Part shown: one piece after another, positions 1 through 9,495 of the stretch
How positions within the stretch are numbered: position 1 is the first letter of the stretch
Layout: each line of letters begins with the position of its first letter
Assembly (NCBI GenBank): GCA_964230645.1
Contig: CAXRHT010000001.1
Location: 544,001-608,000 of the forward strand
DNA: 64,000 bases
Direction: 5' to 3'
Origin: Bdellovibrionales bacterium
GTDB taxonomy: Bacteria; Bdellovibrionota; Bdellovibrionia; Bdellovibrionales; JAGQZY01
Notes under the pieces: generated by a model
What the model saw: the letters and a program-made list of their open reading frames with translations, nothing else
Databases searched by the model: none
What the model was told of the DNA's origin: nothing
Program-made: the position numbers and the translations under genes

Positions 1-276
1 CTGAACTTTCAGGTCATGTGTCGAAATTCCACTGGAACCGTTCAGTCAGTGCAACTCACTCCACTTTTTAGCAATAAGCTGCGCTGGAAAAATAAACATG
101 GAAAAAGAGGTCTCACATCCACCAATGGTCGTGGGTACGGAAGTCTAGGCTTCATCTCCCAATACCCAGCCAATGATGGTTATCTTTATCTTTATTTAGG
201 CTCCAAGATTGCTAGAAAACGTTTCCAAGACAAATGGAAGCTTATTTTGCCTATGAGTTGGTGTGACTCACAATGA
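1..276 (+). CDS. 3' end of a gene entering from the left edge; product unknown
   Basis: Frame is open from base 1 (LNFQVMCRNSTG...) to TGA at 274-276; no recognisable motif. Confidence 0.55.
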   Translation: MNFQVMCRNSTGTVQSVQLTPLFSNKLRWKNKHGKRGLTSTNGRGYGSLGFISQYPANDGYLYLYLGSKIARKRFQDKWKLILPMSWCDSQ

Positions 277-420
277 AATAAAAAGACTGTACTTTTCCAA
301 TCAAAACGTCTCAATCAAAAACGATTCCTGAGCTAAGACCTGAAAACAGCAAACATTTATTATTATTGGAAGTTTCTCTGCTATAATAATGATAAATCAT
401 TTTGATAATTGGGCGCGTTT

Positions 421-1572
421 ATGATTTTAAAAGTAAGACTCTTATCACCAAAAGGAATGTCACTTGTTGAAGTGATGATTCTTGTCGTCGTTATGGGACT
501 GGTCGGCCTGGGAACTGCGACCCTAATGAAAAATATGGTGGGTATCCAAAAACGCACAGACCTAAAATCTACAATCAATGAGATCAAAACCCAATTGGAA
601 CAATATATTTTAGATGATACCGCCTGGAATCACTCGGTACAGTCAAACACGGAACTGGCATGCCTTAGAGACACCACACCCAATTGCACCCATAATGCTG
701 ATGATATGAGTGCTGGTCCTTTTTTCTCGGGCTTTTCTGCTGGGCACTTTCAAATTTTTGATACACAAGGCAACGTTTTTTTACGAGGGTATTCAGGCAC
801 GCCAAACGGAGGATTTTCTCCTGACGGTACTCGTTGTAACACTTTCGACGCTGATATTGGAGATGGAGATGACGACTGCCCTTTTCGATACAATGTGGCC
901 GTCTGGTATAAGTGTGTGAACGGGCAACCCACCTGCTCAAGACCCCAAGTATTTGTTCGTGGAGAATTGGTTTATAACCCTGAAGACCCAGCAGCCCTTA
1001 ACGCAAGAATCAATGTCGACGACTATCGAATCGATTTACAGAGGGGCCGAGCCACCAGAGCCGATACTTTTCAAATCGTTCATGAAGACCCCTTTCCACC
1101 TTATTACCCAGTGGGAGACCAGGATGGTGGTGGAAATTGTTCTCCTGGGGCTGGAAACGAGGTGCCGCGATATTTTACCAATGAAACCTTTGATACGGGA
1201 GATAATGTGGAACTTCTAAATCCTGTCGCCAATAGAGGTTTCAGACGCTTTCGAATGCAAGCAGGAACTTATGAATGCAAGGTGGCCACTCAGAGTTTTG
1301 AAGCTCGACAAGGCTATAGTGTTTTTCTTTGGACTGTAGGAACTGGCAGACGCTTCCCCGCAGGCGGTGGCTTTGCGGGACCGAGTTCCACAGCGCACTC
1401 CACGGAATCTGTGAAATTGGTCCTTGATGATGAAACCACTTTTGAACTTCGCCACTTCTGTGCTGCCAGTTACAACACAGGCAGGGGCTGGGACTTAGGA
1501 ATTCCTCTACAGGGTTACACCACGGCTAACCCCACTGTTTACACCTCGATTACTTGCACAAGGTCCTCATAG
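421..1572 (+). CDS. Large type IV pilin-like protein (prepilin N-terminal cleavage/methylation motif), paralog 1
   Basis: PKG|MSLVEVMILVVVMGLVGLG class III signal with E5; 10 Cys. ATG at 421 preferred over TTG at 409. Confidence 0.85.
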   Translation: MILKVRLLSPKGMSLVEVMILVVVMGLVGLGTATLMKNMVGIQKRTDLKSTINEIKTQLEQYILDDTAWNHSVQSNTELACLRDTTPNCTHNADDMSAGPFFSGFSAGHFQIFDTQGNVFLRGYSGTPNGGFSPDGTRCNTFDADIGDGDDDCPFRYNVAVWYKCVNGQPTCSRPQVFVRGELVYNPEDPAALNARINVDDYRIDLQRGRATRADTFQIVHEDPFPPYYPVGDQDGGGNCSPGAGNEVPRYFTNETFDTGDNVELLNPVANRGFRRFRMQAGTYECKVATQSFEARQGYSVFLWTVGTGRRFPAGGGFAGPSSTAHSTESVKLVLDDETTFELRHFCAASYNTGRGWDLGIPLQGYTTANPTVYTSITCTRSS

Positions 1573-1591
1573 GAAAGGTTTTAGACAAGAT

Positions 1592-2719
1592 ATGATGAAA
1601 AAGATCTTTAACAGTCATTCAGGTTTTTCACTGGTCGAGCTCGTCGTCGTAATGGCTATTATAGGTTTGATGGGGCTTGGGACTTCAGCACTCGTCAACA
1701 ATCTTGTAAAAATGAATTCTAAAAGCAAAACCAAATCCAATATTATTTCCATCAAAGACCAAATTATGAAGACCTTGAAAGACGAGGCCTCTTGGCAAGA
1801 AACTGTCGACAACAACAACGCTTTGAGGTGTCTTAGAGAAGATAACAATACGCGCTGTAATGACAATCAGACCATCGTCAATTTTGATGTTTATATGAGG
1901 CCCAGACCGGCCCCTGCTCCTCCTCTCATTTACTACAGAGCCTCACAAGCGAGCCGTGGCTTCAATGATGACGGGAGCCAGTGTACCGGCTACAATGCCG
2001 GCGGCAATAACAACTGTGCCTTCCGTTACGATATTCGAGTTCGTCTGCGCTGTAATTATGGTGAGGCCACTTGCAAATCACCCGACATACATATTCAGGC
2101 CGACTTTAAATACAGTCCATCAAACGATCGACACGTCGCCAACAGTATGGAACTCACAGATGAAGGTGGAAGTGTTGATGCCAATTGGGAAGCCCGTGGT
2201 AAGATGGACTTTGAATTTCAAAAGTCTCAGCCCAACAAGCTTGATTCCTTTCAAATTATGTTCGCGACAACAAACGCTCCTGGAGGAAATTGTGATACAA
2301 ATGCCTGGAGACGAAGGCCGATAAACTACACTAACTTTAACCAAAACGGAGCCATTCTAGAACTCAATCGTCCCGGCGATTGGATCAGAATGAGAAGAGG
2401 TTTTTACAAATGCGAAATTAAGGCGGAAGCTTACGGATCCATCCAAGGTTTTAAAATTCGCTTGAGAAACATCACCTCTGGAGAAAACTGGGTGGTAGCT
2501 TCCGGTTACTCCGGCCCCGACACTTCCACAGTTGTTGTGGGTGAAGCGGATATTGAGGTCACAAACCCAAACCACCGATTTCAAATTCAACACTTTTGTA
2601 GACAAGACAATCCTCTTCATAATTTCGATATGGGAATTCCTAAGCCGGATTATAGTACTGACCTTGATGGTATCGGCATGAACCGTTTTACGATAATGAC
2701 ATGCACACGAAAGGGATAG
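1592..2719 (+). CDS. Large type IV pilin-like protein, paralog 2
   Basis: HSG|FSLVELVVVMAIIGLMGLG motif; 10 Cys at positions matching paralogs 1 and 3. Confidence 0.85.
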   Translation: MMKKIFNSHSGFSLVELVVVMAIIGLMGLGTSALVNNLVKMNSKSKTKSNIISIKDQIMKTLKDEASWQETVDNNNALRCLREDNNTRCNDNQTIVNFDVYMRPRPAPAPPLIYYRASQASRGFNDDGSQCTGYNAGGNNNCAFRYDIRVRLRCNYGEATCKSPDIHIQADFKYSPSNDRHVANSMELTDEGGSVDANWEARGKMDFEFQKSQPNKLDSFQIMFATTNAPGGNCDTNAWRRRPINYTNFNQNGAILELNRPGDWIRMRRGFYKCEIKAEAYGSIQGFKIRLRNITSGENWVVASGYSGPDTSTVVVGEADIEVTNPNHRFQIQHFCRQDNPLHNFDMGIPKPDYSTDLDGIGMNRFTIMTCTRKG

Positions 2720-2722
2720 CGA

Positions 2723-3901
2723 GTGACAAAGAATTTATTTAAAAATTTAAAATTTAAATCATTCTTGTCAAACCAGGATGGAATGTCGCTGGTTGAAATC
2801 ATGATTGTTATAACCATCATGAGTTTGGTTGGACTAGGAACCGCCACCCTTATGAAAAACATGGTGTCCATCCAACAAAGAACGGAACTAAAGAATGTGG
2901 CGAGTGTCCTCAAGTCTCGCATGGAAGAGTATATCCGCAGTGAGGATGCGTGGGAAGACACCGTGGCTAACCACAACCCCTTGCGCTGTACTCGCGCCAC
3001 CGCCAGCCCTTGTAATCATAACTCTGATAACCCACTAGCAGGAGTCTTTCTAGGTAGTCCATCAACCGCCAATTTTAACGTTTATGACAACACGGGAAAT
3101 ATATTCTCTCGTGGAGCTTCGGCCTCTGGAGGATTTACTCGTGAAGGAGAGCCCTGTAATAGCTTTAATGCCACCGCTGGAGCCGGTAATAATAACTGTC
3201 CTTTCCGCTATAATGTGGCCGCTTGGTTTTTCTGTTCGAATGGCGACGCCCAATGTGATCGCCCTGAGGTCACAGTGAAAGCGGAACTCGTTTTTAATCC
3301 ACGTGACAAATCAAAAATCAATGCCCGCATGAACACAAATGACTACCGCATTACCATAAAACGTCAGCAAAAGGTTCGCAGTGAGTCTTTTCGCATTGTC
3401 TATCAAGATCCTTGGCCAGGAGTAAACGCCGCTGATCAGATCGGGGGTGGTGAGTGCTCACCTACGGATACAGCCCCACAACGCTACCGGCCCTTCACTA
3501 ACATAGAGTACGATGAGGGAGGCAATGTCGCTTTGACCAATTGTACAGGAGCTGGTTGTCGCGTCTTCAGAGTTCAACCTGGGATCTACGATTGTAAAAT
3601 TACGACCCAAAGTTTTGAAGCCATTCGTGGTTACAAAGTCATATTAGAGGACGTAACGAACGCTCGAAACTTTCCCGCAGGAGGCGGATACGCCGGTACC
3701 GGAGCTACCGCTCATTCCACCCAACAGGTGAGCTTTGAACTAACAGCTCAAGCGAATTTCCGCCTTATTCATCAATGTATGGAAATTAGAAACCCCGTAT
3801 CCGGAGGTGTGGGTGGCTTTGACTATGGAATTCCTGTAAGGACCTATGGTGCAGGAAATCCCTCTATATACACGTCCGTTACCTGCACCCGATCTTCTTA
3901 A
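2723..3901 (+). CDS. Large type IV pilin-like protein, paralog 3
   Basis: QDG|MSLVEIMIVITIMSLVGLG motif; shares CPFRYNVA, TQSFEA, FPAGGG and the CTRSS terminus with paralog 1. Confidence 0.85.
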   Translation: MTKNLFKNLKFKSFLSNQDGMSLVEIMIVITIMSLVGLGTATLMKNMVSIQQRTELKNVASVLKSRMEEYIRSEDAWEDTVANHNPLRCTRATASPCNHNSDNPLAGVFLGSPSTANFNVYDNTGNIFSRGASASGGFTREGEPCNSFNATAGAGNNNCPFRYNVAAWFFCSNGDAQCDRPEVTVKAELVFNPRDKSKINARMNTNDYRITIKRQQKVRSESFRIVYQDPWPGVNAADQIGGGECSPTDTAPQRYRPFTNIEYDEGGNVALTNCTGAGCRVFRVQPGIYDCKITTQSFEAIRGYKVILEDVTNARNFPAGGGYAGTGATAHSTQQVSFELTAQANFRLIHQCMEIRNPVSGGVGGFDYGIPVRTYGAGNPSIYTSVTCTRSS

Positions 3902-5880
3902 GTTTTCTTCTTTTTTATGGGTGGCTCAAACTCGAGCTGCTCGGCCGTAATTAAATGTAGATAGTGCAAATGCTTCTCGTACTGCCTTACAGCATCGGCA
4001 ATAATTTGCTCTCTATTGTACCCATACACATCATAGTCTTGCCCTCCCTGACGAGTGTAAACTTCAGCCCGAAAGTATTTGGCACTTTCAGAAGGAGTAT
4101 AATCAGGGACAACATATTGCTGAAGTCGAATACCGTAAGAGAAGTTTTCCACTCCCCGCTTTCTTATCACCAAGCGAAGAGCATCTGTTCTTTGATCATC
4201 CAAGTGAACATCAAATTGTTTGGCTTTCAACTCACTGACTAGCTCTTCAAGAGCTGGCTTGGCCTCTTCACTCATAAAGGTTCGTACCTGATCATAGCTT
4301 GGATAGTAAAAAAGCGTGTTTAATCTCTCTTTCCAGGATGCTGGCGAAGCTAAAGGGACAGAAACTTTGTGTTGTTGTACGGTACTGTATAGCGCGTAAT
4401 CTTCCTTCAGTGATTTCAAAAAAGAAAAGACTGCAATTACAATTAAAAAGATCATGGGAAAGGCGGAGGCAATCGTCATTGTTTGTAGAGCTTCCAAACC
4501 ACCGGCTAATAGTAAAACCGAGGCTACCACACCCTCTAAAACAGCCCAGTAAATTCTCTGCCACACCGGGGGCTCTTGAGCTCCTCCGGAAGCCAGTGTA
4601 TCGATCACCAATGAACCTGAGTCTGAGGAACTCACAAAAAATGTGACCACCAACAACAAACCGAGAAGTGACAATACATTGGAAAAAGGGAAAAACTCAA
4701 AAAACTTAAAAAGTGCCACAGGAACATTTTCATCCACCGCTCTTACCAAATCCACGGCTCCTCTTTCCAAAACAAGGTTAATCGCTGAGTTTCCAAAGAC
4801 AGTCATCCAAAAGAAGGTGAATCCTGTAGGAACAAACAAAACACCAGCCATAAACTCACGAATGGTGCGACCACGAGAAATCCGAGCAATAAAAATTCCA
4901 ACAAAGGGAGACCACGAAACCCACCATCCCCAGTAAAGAAGAGTCCAACCTCCAATCCAGGAGTCTTTTTTGTCATAAGCATAAAGATTGAAAGTTTTGT
5001 GAGTAATGTCTGAAAGGTAGGAACCTGTGTTCTCTACGTAAGATTTCATCAAAGCCCCAGTGTCCCCTAAAAAAAGAATGGTTAAAAGCAGGACCACGGC
5101 CAGAACCATATTAAGGTTTGAGAGTCTTTTAATCCCCCCATCTAGTCCAGCGACCACCGAGATAGTGGCAAGAGAGGTGATTCCTGCAATCAAACAAACT
5201 TGCACTGTTGCGGATTGAGGCATATCAAAAAGGTAAGACAGACCGGCGTTGACTTGTGTGACTCCAAATCCTAGAGAGGTTGCGACCCCAAAAAGTGTTC
5301 CAATCACACAAAAGGTATCCACCATATGACCAAAGCCGCCATAAATTCGTTTTCCCAAAAGGGGGAAAAATATGGAACGTGGTAAAAGAGGCAGGTTTTT
5401 TCGGTAAGAGAAATAAGCCAAAATCACGGCTAAGAGTGCATAGATCGCCCATGCATGCAGCCCCCAGTGGAAAAAGGTGATTCTCATCGCTTCTTTGGCA
5501 CTCTCGACAGTCTGTGGATCCCCAATAGGAGGAGCGGCAAAATGCATAATAGGCTCAGCAACTCCAAAAAAGAGAAGACCAATTCCCATCCCTGCGGAGA
5601 AGAGCATAGCAAACCAGCTCCCATAGGAATAATCAGGCTCTGAGTGGTTGGGTCCTAGTTTTATATCACCCATTCGACTGCACATAAGGTAAATGGCAAA
5701 AATCCCTATTCCAGCGACTCCTAAAATATAAATCCAACTGGCTTGCGCCACCAACCAATCCTGAATCGATTTGAAGAAGGCCTCCGCGAACTTAGGCCAA
5801 ATGGAACCTGTAACGGTGATCAGGAAAATGATAAAAGAAGAAGTGAAAAAAACAGGTTTATTGATCTGAGTTTCTTGAAT
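3898..5880 (-). CDS. betT: BCCT family choline/glycine-betaine transporter, BetT-like with long C-terminal domain
   Basis: Motifs WFAMLFSAGMGIGL, FFHWGLHAW, YWGWWVSWSPFVG, ARISRGRTIREF. The frame stays open upstream of the called TTG (5754) through INKPVFFTS to an ATT at 5880 preceded by AGGAGG. Confidence 0.9.
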   Translation of the reverse strand: MQETQINKPVFFTSSFIIFLITVTGSIWPKFAEAFFKSIQDWLVAQASWIYILGVAGIGIFAIYLMCSRMGDIKLGPNHSEPDYSYGSWFAMLFSAGMGIGLLFFGVAEPIMHFAAPPIGDPQTVESAKEAMRITFFHWGLHAWAIYALLAVILAYFSYRKNLPLLPRSIFFPLLGKRIYGGFGHMVDTFCVIGTLFGVATSLGFGVTQVNAGLSYLFDMPQSATVQVCLIAGITSLATISVVAGLDGGIKRLSNLNMVLAVVLLLTILFLGDTGALMKSYVENTGSYLSDITHKTFNLYAYDKKDSWIGGWTLLYWGWWVSWSPFVGIFIARISRGRTIREFMAGVLFVPTGFTFFWMTVFGNSAINLVLERGAVDLVRAVDENVPVALFKFFEFFPFSNVLSLLGLLLVVTFFVSSSDSGSLVIDTLASGGAQEPPVWQRIYWAVLEGVVASVLLLAGGLEALQTMTIASAFPMIFLIVIAVFSFLKSLKEDYALYSTVQQHKVSVPLASPASWKERLNTLFYYPSYDQVRTFMSEEAKPALEELVSELKAKQFDVHLDDQRTDALRLVIRKRGVENFSYGIRLQQYVVPDYTPSESAKYFRAEVYTRQGGQDYDVYGYNREQIIADAVRQYEKHLHYLHLITAEQLEFEPPIKKKKT

Positions 5881-5954
5881 GATGCTCCTCCTGATCGAGT
5901 CAAACTAGAGATTTTGCTTTGTGTGTCCAATACTAACGAAGGGTGAATAAGGGG

Positions 5955-6494
5955 TCAATTGACTTGGTAGTGACAATCAAGTCTTTGAGCTTGTCCAGAA
6001 ACAATCTGAAACTTTGACCCGAAATCAATTAAGGCTAAACCCTCTCCTTTTTTCATAGCGACAAATCCTGTACCATCATTGGGATAGACTTGATAATGAA
6101 TAAGCGGCAGACGCCCGGACTCAGCTTCAAGCCATGTCGGGGCCCACCCAATCTCTACGCTTCCACTGCGACAGACTTTGTGAGCTTTTACTTGGCGACA
6201 ATCTCTTTCCACAAAATCTAGCAAAGCGCCTTGAATGACTACAGCCTGATTTTTTGGAAGCAACTGTATAAGAGCGTATTCTTTGTCATGGGAGCGAGCT
6301 AAAATGGCCGAGTCTAAAAACTCGACCAATTGAAACCTCTTAGAGTTCACCTCAAAATATCTATCTCTAGCCTCGATCACAACAGTCGATTGCTCAGACT
6401 GACAGGCTATAGCTTTTTCCTCCTGAAGAAGGCTTAAAGAAAATGACTTTTCTGATAGAGACAACAGAACAAAGAAAACAATTAATAGCCTCAT
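5955..6494 (-). CDS. Secreted hypothetical protein
   Basis: N-terminal signal peptide (MRLLIVFFVLLSLS); start overlaps the stop of the upstream gene. Confidence 0.7.
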   Translation of the reverse strand: MRLLIVFFVLLSLSEKSFSLSLLQEEKAIACQSEQSTVVIEARDRYFEVNSKRFQLVEFLDSAILARSHDKEYALIQLLPKNQAVVIQGALLDFVERDCRQVKAHKVCRSGSVEIGWAPTWLEAESGRLPLIHYQVYPNDGTGFVAMKKGEGLALIDFGSKFQIVSGQAQRLDCHYQVN

Positions 6495-7570
6495 TGATGA
6501 GCCTCCCTAATATAACGGGTCATATTTTCTCCTTGAGCGCGCAGAATTAATTCTGATTTATCAAATTCTAGGCTCAGTGGCTCCCCGTTTAGACGCAAAA
6601 ACACAACATGGGGGCGAGGGTTCTCGACTTTGTTGTTTGAAAACATACTGAGAAGATGAGCCTCGTAATCTTGGTGATAAACAATACTTTGAACATTGGC
6701 GACCAATGACATATCTTGCCCTTGAAAAACAATCTCATCATTTGATTTTAAAACGACCTTTTGCCATTTCGATTTTTCCGAGTCTTGTAAACTGTAGTGA
6801 ATGTCACAATCAGAACAAGGAACCAACTCCTCAAGCCCATCGATATCAAGTTTTTCCTTTGTGACATCATCGACAACAAATTGCTGGCTCGAGATCCCTT
6901 TGTCCATGATTGTGTTTGGCACATGAGTAAAGCCCAGTATATGGCCAATTTCATGTTTTAATAAATTTGTGAAACTATAGTGCTGGGTCCAAATGGGAAA
7001 ATGAATTCCATTTCCAAGGGAGTAGACTTCAGGACCTACAAAACGAATATAACCTTTGGACCAAGTGTAGTCGGTGCTCACGTGAGTTTTATTGACGTAA
7101 GCCACAGGGCGGGTCAGATTTTGTCTGGCTCTAAGATCCAGATGACTAGAAAATATAGGACCGGTTCCAAGATAGAGAACAAGGCTCTCACCTCCCTCGC
7201 ATTCATCTTTGATCAGGAACTGAGTATTAATTTTTTTATCACGCTTAAGGTTTATTTTTTTCAAGCGAAAGTAATCTTGCCAGTTCCCTACGACTTCATT
7301 TAATTGACTTCTAATCTGTGAAGAATCCAAACCAAAATCACTAGTGACATGAAAACAAGTGGAAATAGGATCAGTCCCATAAAACCAAGCGGTGTGCTTT
7401 CTAATATCGACATTATCCCCACCACCAAAACTATCACCACCGGCTGTGGGAGGACCCACAAAGGGCGATGAGGAACTTTCTGCGGAAAACAGTGTATTAA
7501 TCGGTACCAGTTGCGCATTTCCTAGTGAGCAGCCTAGGAAAATGGCGAGAAATAAAAAAACAGGTTTCAC
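6491..7570 (-). CDS. Secreted zinc metallopeptidase (matrixin/metzincin-like)
   Basis: Signal peptide; HEIGHILGFTH matches HExxHxxGxxH, followed by a Met-turn-like TIM. Confidence 0.8.
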   Translation of the reverse strand: MKPVFLFLAIFLGCSLGNAQLVPINTLFSAESSSSPFVGPPTAGGDSFGGGDNVDIRKHTAWFYGTDPISTCFHVTSDFGLDSSQIRSQLNEVVGNWQDYFRLKKINLKRDKKINTQFLIKDECEGGESLVLYLGTGPIFSSHLDLRARQNLTRPVAYVNKTHVSTDYTWSKGYIRFVGPEVYSLGNGIHFPIWTQHYSFTNLLKHEIGHILGFTHVPNTIMDKGISSQQFVVDDVTKEKLDIDGLEELVPCSDCDIHYSLQDSEKSKWQKVVLKSNDEIVFQGQDMSLVANVQSIVYHQDYEAHLLSMFSNNKVENPRPHVVFLRLNGEPLSLEFDKSELILRAQGENMTRYIREAHQ

Positions 7571-8382
7571 TTGATCTCCATAAAATCAACGATTAAAGCG
7601 GCCATCATTTCAGCTTCAGGTTCTTCTTCAAGATGATTGTTCAGGTCTACAATAAGAGCGACAAACCGCTTTTTAAACTCTTCAAAACTATTTTTAGGAA
7701 GAGTCATATAGCTTCCGTAATTGAGTGAATCATAGCCGATTTCGTCGTACTTTTTAATGATTTGCATTCTCGCTGTAATATTTGCATATTTTGCAAGAGG
7801 AGATTCTTTTTTAATATGAATACGTGTCTGCCCTTGAAATAACTCGCCTTGCTCATTCTCGCTAATAAGACCTTTTTCTTTTAGAAAGCCCAAGGCGGTG
7901 TCAAAATCTTTGACAGTGACTCCCATTTGTTTTCGCAGGTTCTTTTTATTTCTGAAGGCCGGGATATCAATGAGGTTTCTAATCTGCACATGATGGAAAT
8001 TATTAAAATAAGCAATCGCATCCTCTTGAGAAAGTTCATCATAGGACATTTGATTTTCAATCAACTTTGACTTTTCAACCAGCGCCTCTCGTTTGGATTG
8101 AAAGTACTTTTTTAATTCAAATGTCCCGGCACGATCCCACTCAACCAGCACCATAAAGTACTCCTGCTCAAGGGCATTATGCTTAAAAAATCGATTCAAT
8201 TTAAAGGCCTGCTCAAGGCTGAAAGTGGATTTGTCTTTAAGGACCTGCGAGACAAAACTGGGCTGACAGCCTAGATGCTCTGCCAATTGGGCTTTGGCGC
8301 CTCGGCCATACTCCGGCCTACGAAGTTTTAATTCAATATACTCTCGATAGTCAGAATAATCGTATATAATAATTTCAGACAC
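7567..8382 (-). CDS. TIGR02147/DUF4423-like putative HTH transcriptional regulator
   Basis: N-terminus YSDYREYI...AQLAEHLGCQPSFVSQVL...EQEYFMVLV and ~270 aa length are typical of this family, which is expanded in Bdellovibrionota. Confidence 0.75.
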   Translation of the reverse strand: MSEIIIYDYSDYREYIELKLRRPEYGRGAKAQLAEHLGCQPSFVSQVLKDKSTFSLEQAFKLNRFFKHNALEQEYFMVLVEWDRAGTFELKKYFQSKREALVEKSKLIENQMSYDELSQEDAIAYFNNFHHVQIRNLIDIPAFRNKKNLRKQMGVTVKDFDTALGFLKEKGLISENEQGELFQGQTRIHIKKESPLAKYANITARMQIIKKYDEIGYDSLNYGSYMTLPKNSFEEFKKRFVALIVDLNNHLEEEPEAEMMAALIVDFMEIK

Positions 8383-8517
8383 TTAGACCTCTTTTTTAAC
8401 AAGATCCTTCACTTTATCCTCTTTTCTCTAGGAATAAAACCCATTTCCCCCCCCCTTCCACAAGGATAAAATTTACCCAGGGATTCATCTAGGTCTACAA
8501 GGACGGTTCTGATTTCA

Positions 8518-9414
8518 TCAAAACGAAGATTGCGCAAGCCACTGCAACAGGGCTTCGTGGGCTGAGTTTTGGAACTGATTTTTAAAGTAAATCATCCAGG
8601 TGGGCCCTTTTAGTTTTTTCTTCGAAGGTTGAAATACAAAACTTTTTTCCAAAACTTTTTTTGTCACCAGATACTTCGGCACAATGGCAAAACCAAGGCC
8701 TTGCGAAACAAGCTCCAAGAGCATCTCCGATGAGGCTCCATAAATGCGGGCCTCACTGCCTCGATATTTTTTACCGTAGTGAATCTTATACCAACGAGGT
8801 AAAAGTTGATGAGATTTATAGTATTCGATCGAGGGTAAAGAAACTATGTCTTCTTCAGAAAACTCGTTGTGATAAAAAGTTTTAGGAACAAGTGCTACTA
8901 GCTCATTTTCAAAAACTTTTTTCGACTCCATTCCTCTTTTTCTCCCCTGGTAAGGAAAAATCGAAAAGCACAAATCAAGTCGTCCTTGTTCTACCAAATT
9001 CAGTAGGCGCGAGGGCGAGTCGAAAATCATTCTTATTTGCACCTTTTTATTTTCTCTACAAAAGTTTTCAATTTTTGGAACAAGATGATGTTTAGCAAAT
9101 TCGAAGTTAGAGCCTATACGCACGCTTCCTTCTAAATCAAAGAACTCGCCTCGAATACCCTTCAAACAATGTCCAAGGTCGAATTCATAATTTTCAAAAA
9201 GTTGAGAAATCTTACGAGCGTCATCCGTTGGGTAAAGATGGCGCCCTTTACGTAAAAAGAGTTTTAAATCCATCTGATATTCTAAGACAGATAAAGCCTG
9301 ACTGATGGCCGAGCGGGTCAGACCGAGTTCCTCCCCCGCCCGCTGGTGACTACCGTTGTTCACCACGGCTCTGAGAATACGTATTTTGTTTAAATCGACA
9401 TTGTTTAAATTCAT
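8518..9414 (-). CDS. LysR family transcriptional regulator
   Basis: LysR HTH (GSHQRAGEELGLTRSAISQAL..LE..M..KLF.R); 298 aa; divergent from the folate operon. Confidence 0.92.
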   Translation of the reverse strand: MNLNNVDLNKIRILRAVVNNGSHQRAGEELGLTRSAISQALSVLEYQMDLKLFLRKGRHLYPTDDARKISQLFENYEFDLGHCLKGIRGEFFDLEGSVRIGSNFEFAKHHLVPKIENFCRENKKVQIRMIFDSPSRLLNLVEQGRLDLCFSIFPYQGRKRGMESKKVFENELVALVPKTFYHNEFSEEDIVSLPSIEYYKSHQLLPRWYKIHYGKKYRGSEARIYGASSEMLLELVSQGLGFAIVPKYLVTKKVLEKSFVFQPSKKKLKGPTWMIYFKNQFQNSAHEALLQWLAQSSF

Positions 9415-9426
9415 TAAACAATTGAA

Positions 9427-9448
9427 TTAGTTCATTTAACTTTACTAA
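9427..9448. promoter_or_regulatory. Two overlapping TTA-N7-TAA (T-N11-A) LysR-type boxes
   Basis: TTAGTTCATTTAA (9427-9439) and TTAACTTTACTAA (9436-9448) in the 81-bp spacer between the divergent lysR and CADD genes. Confidence 0.4.
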
Positions 9449-9495
9449 TCAATACTTTTCCCGCTTACTGCACACCTCAACGAAGAGGAGAAAAT

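Noticed and set aside
383..405. Fur-like box AATGATAAATCATT upstream of the pilin cluster (similar sequence near 44135)
   Set aside because: Spacing is 6-2-6 rather than the Fur pattern, in AT-rich DNA, and the downstream genes are not iron-related.
8447..8455. C9 tract upstream of the TIGR02147-like gene as a phase-variable promoter
   Set aside because: No convincing -35/-10 pair flanks it and there is no evidence of length variation.
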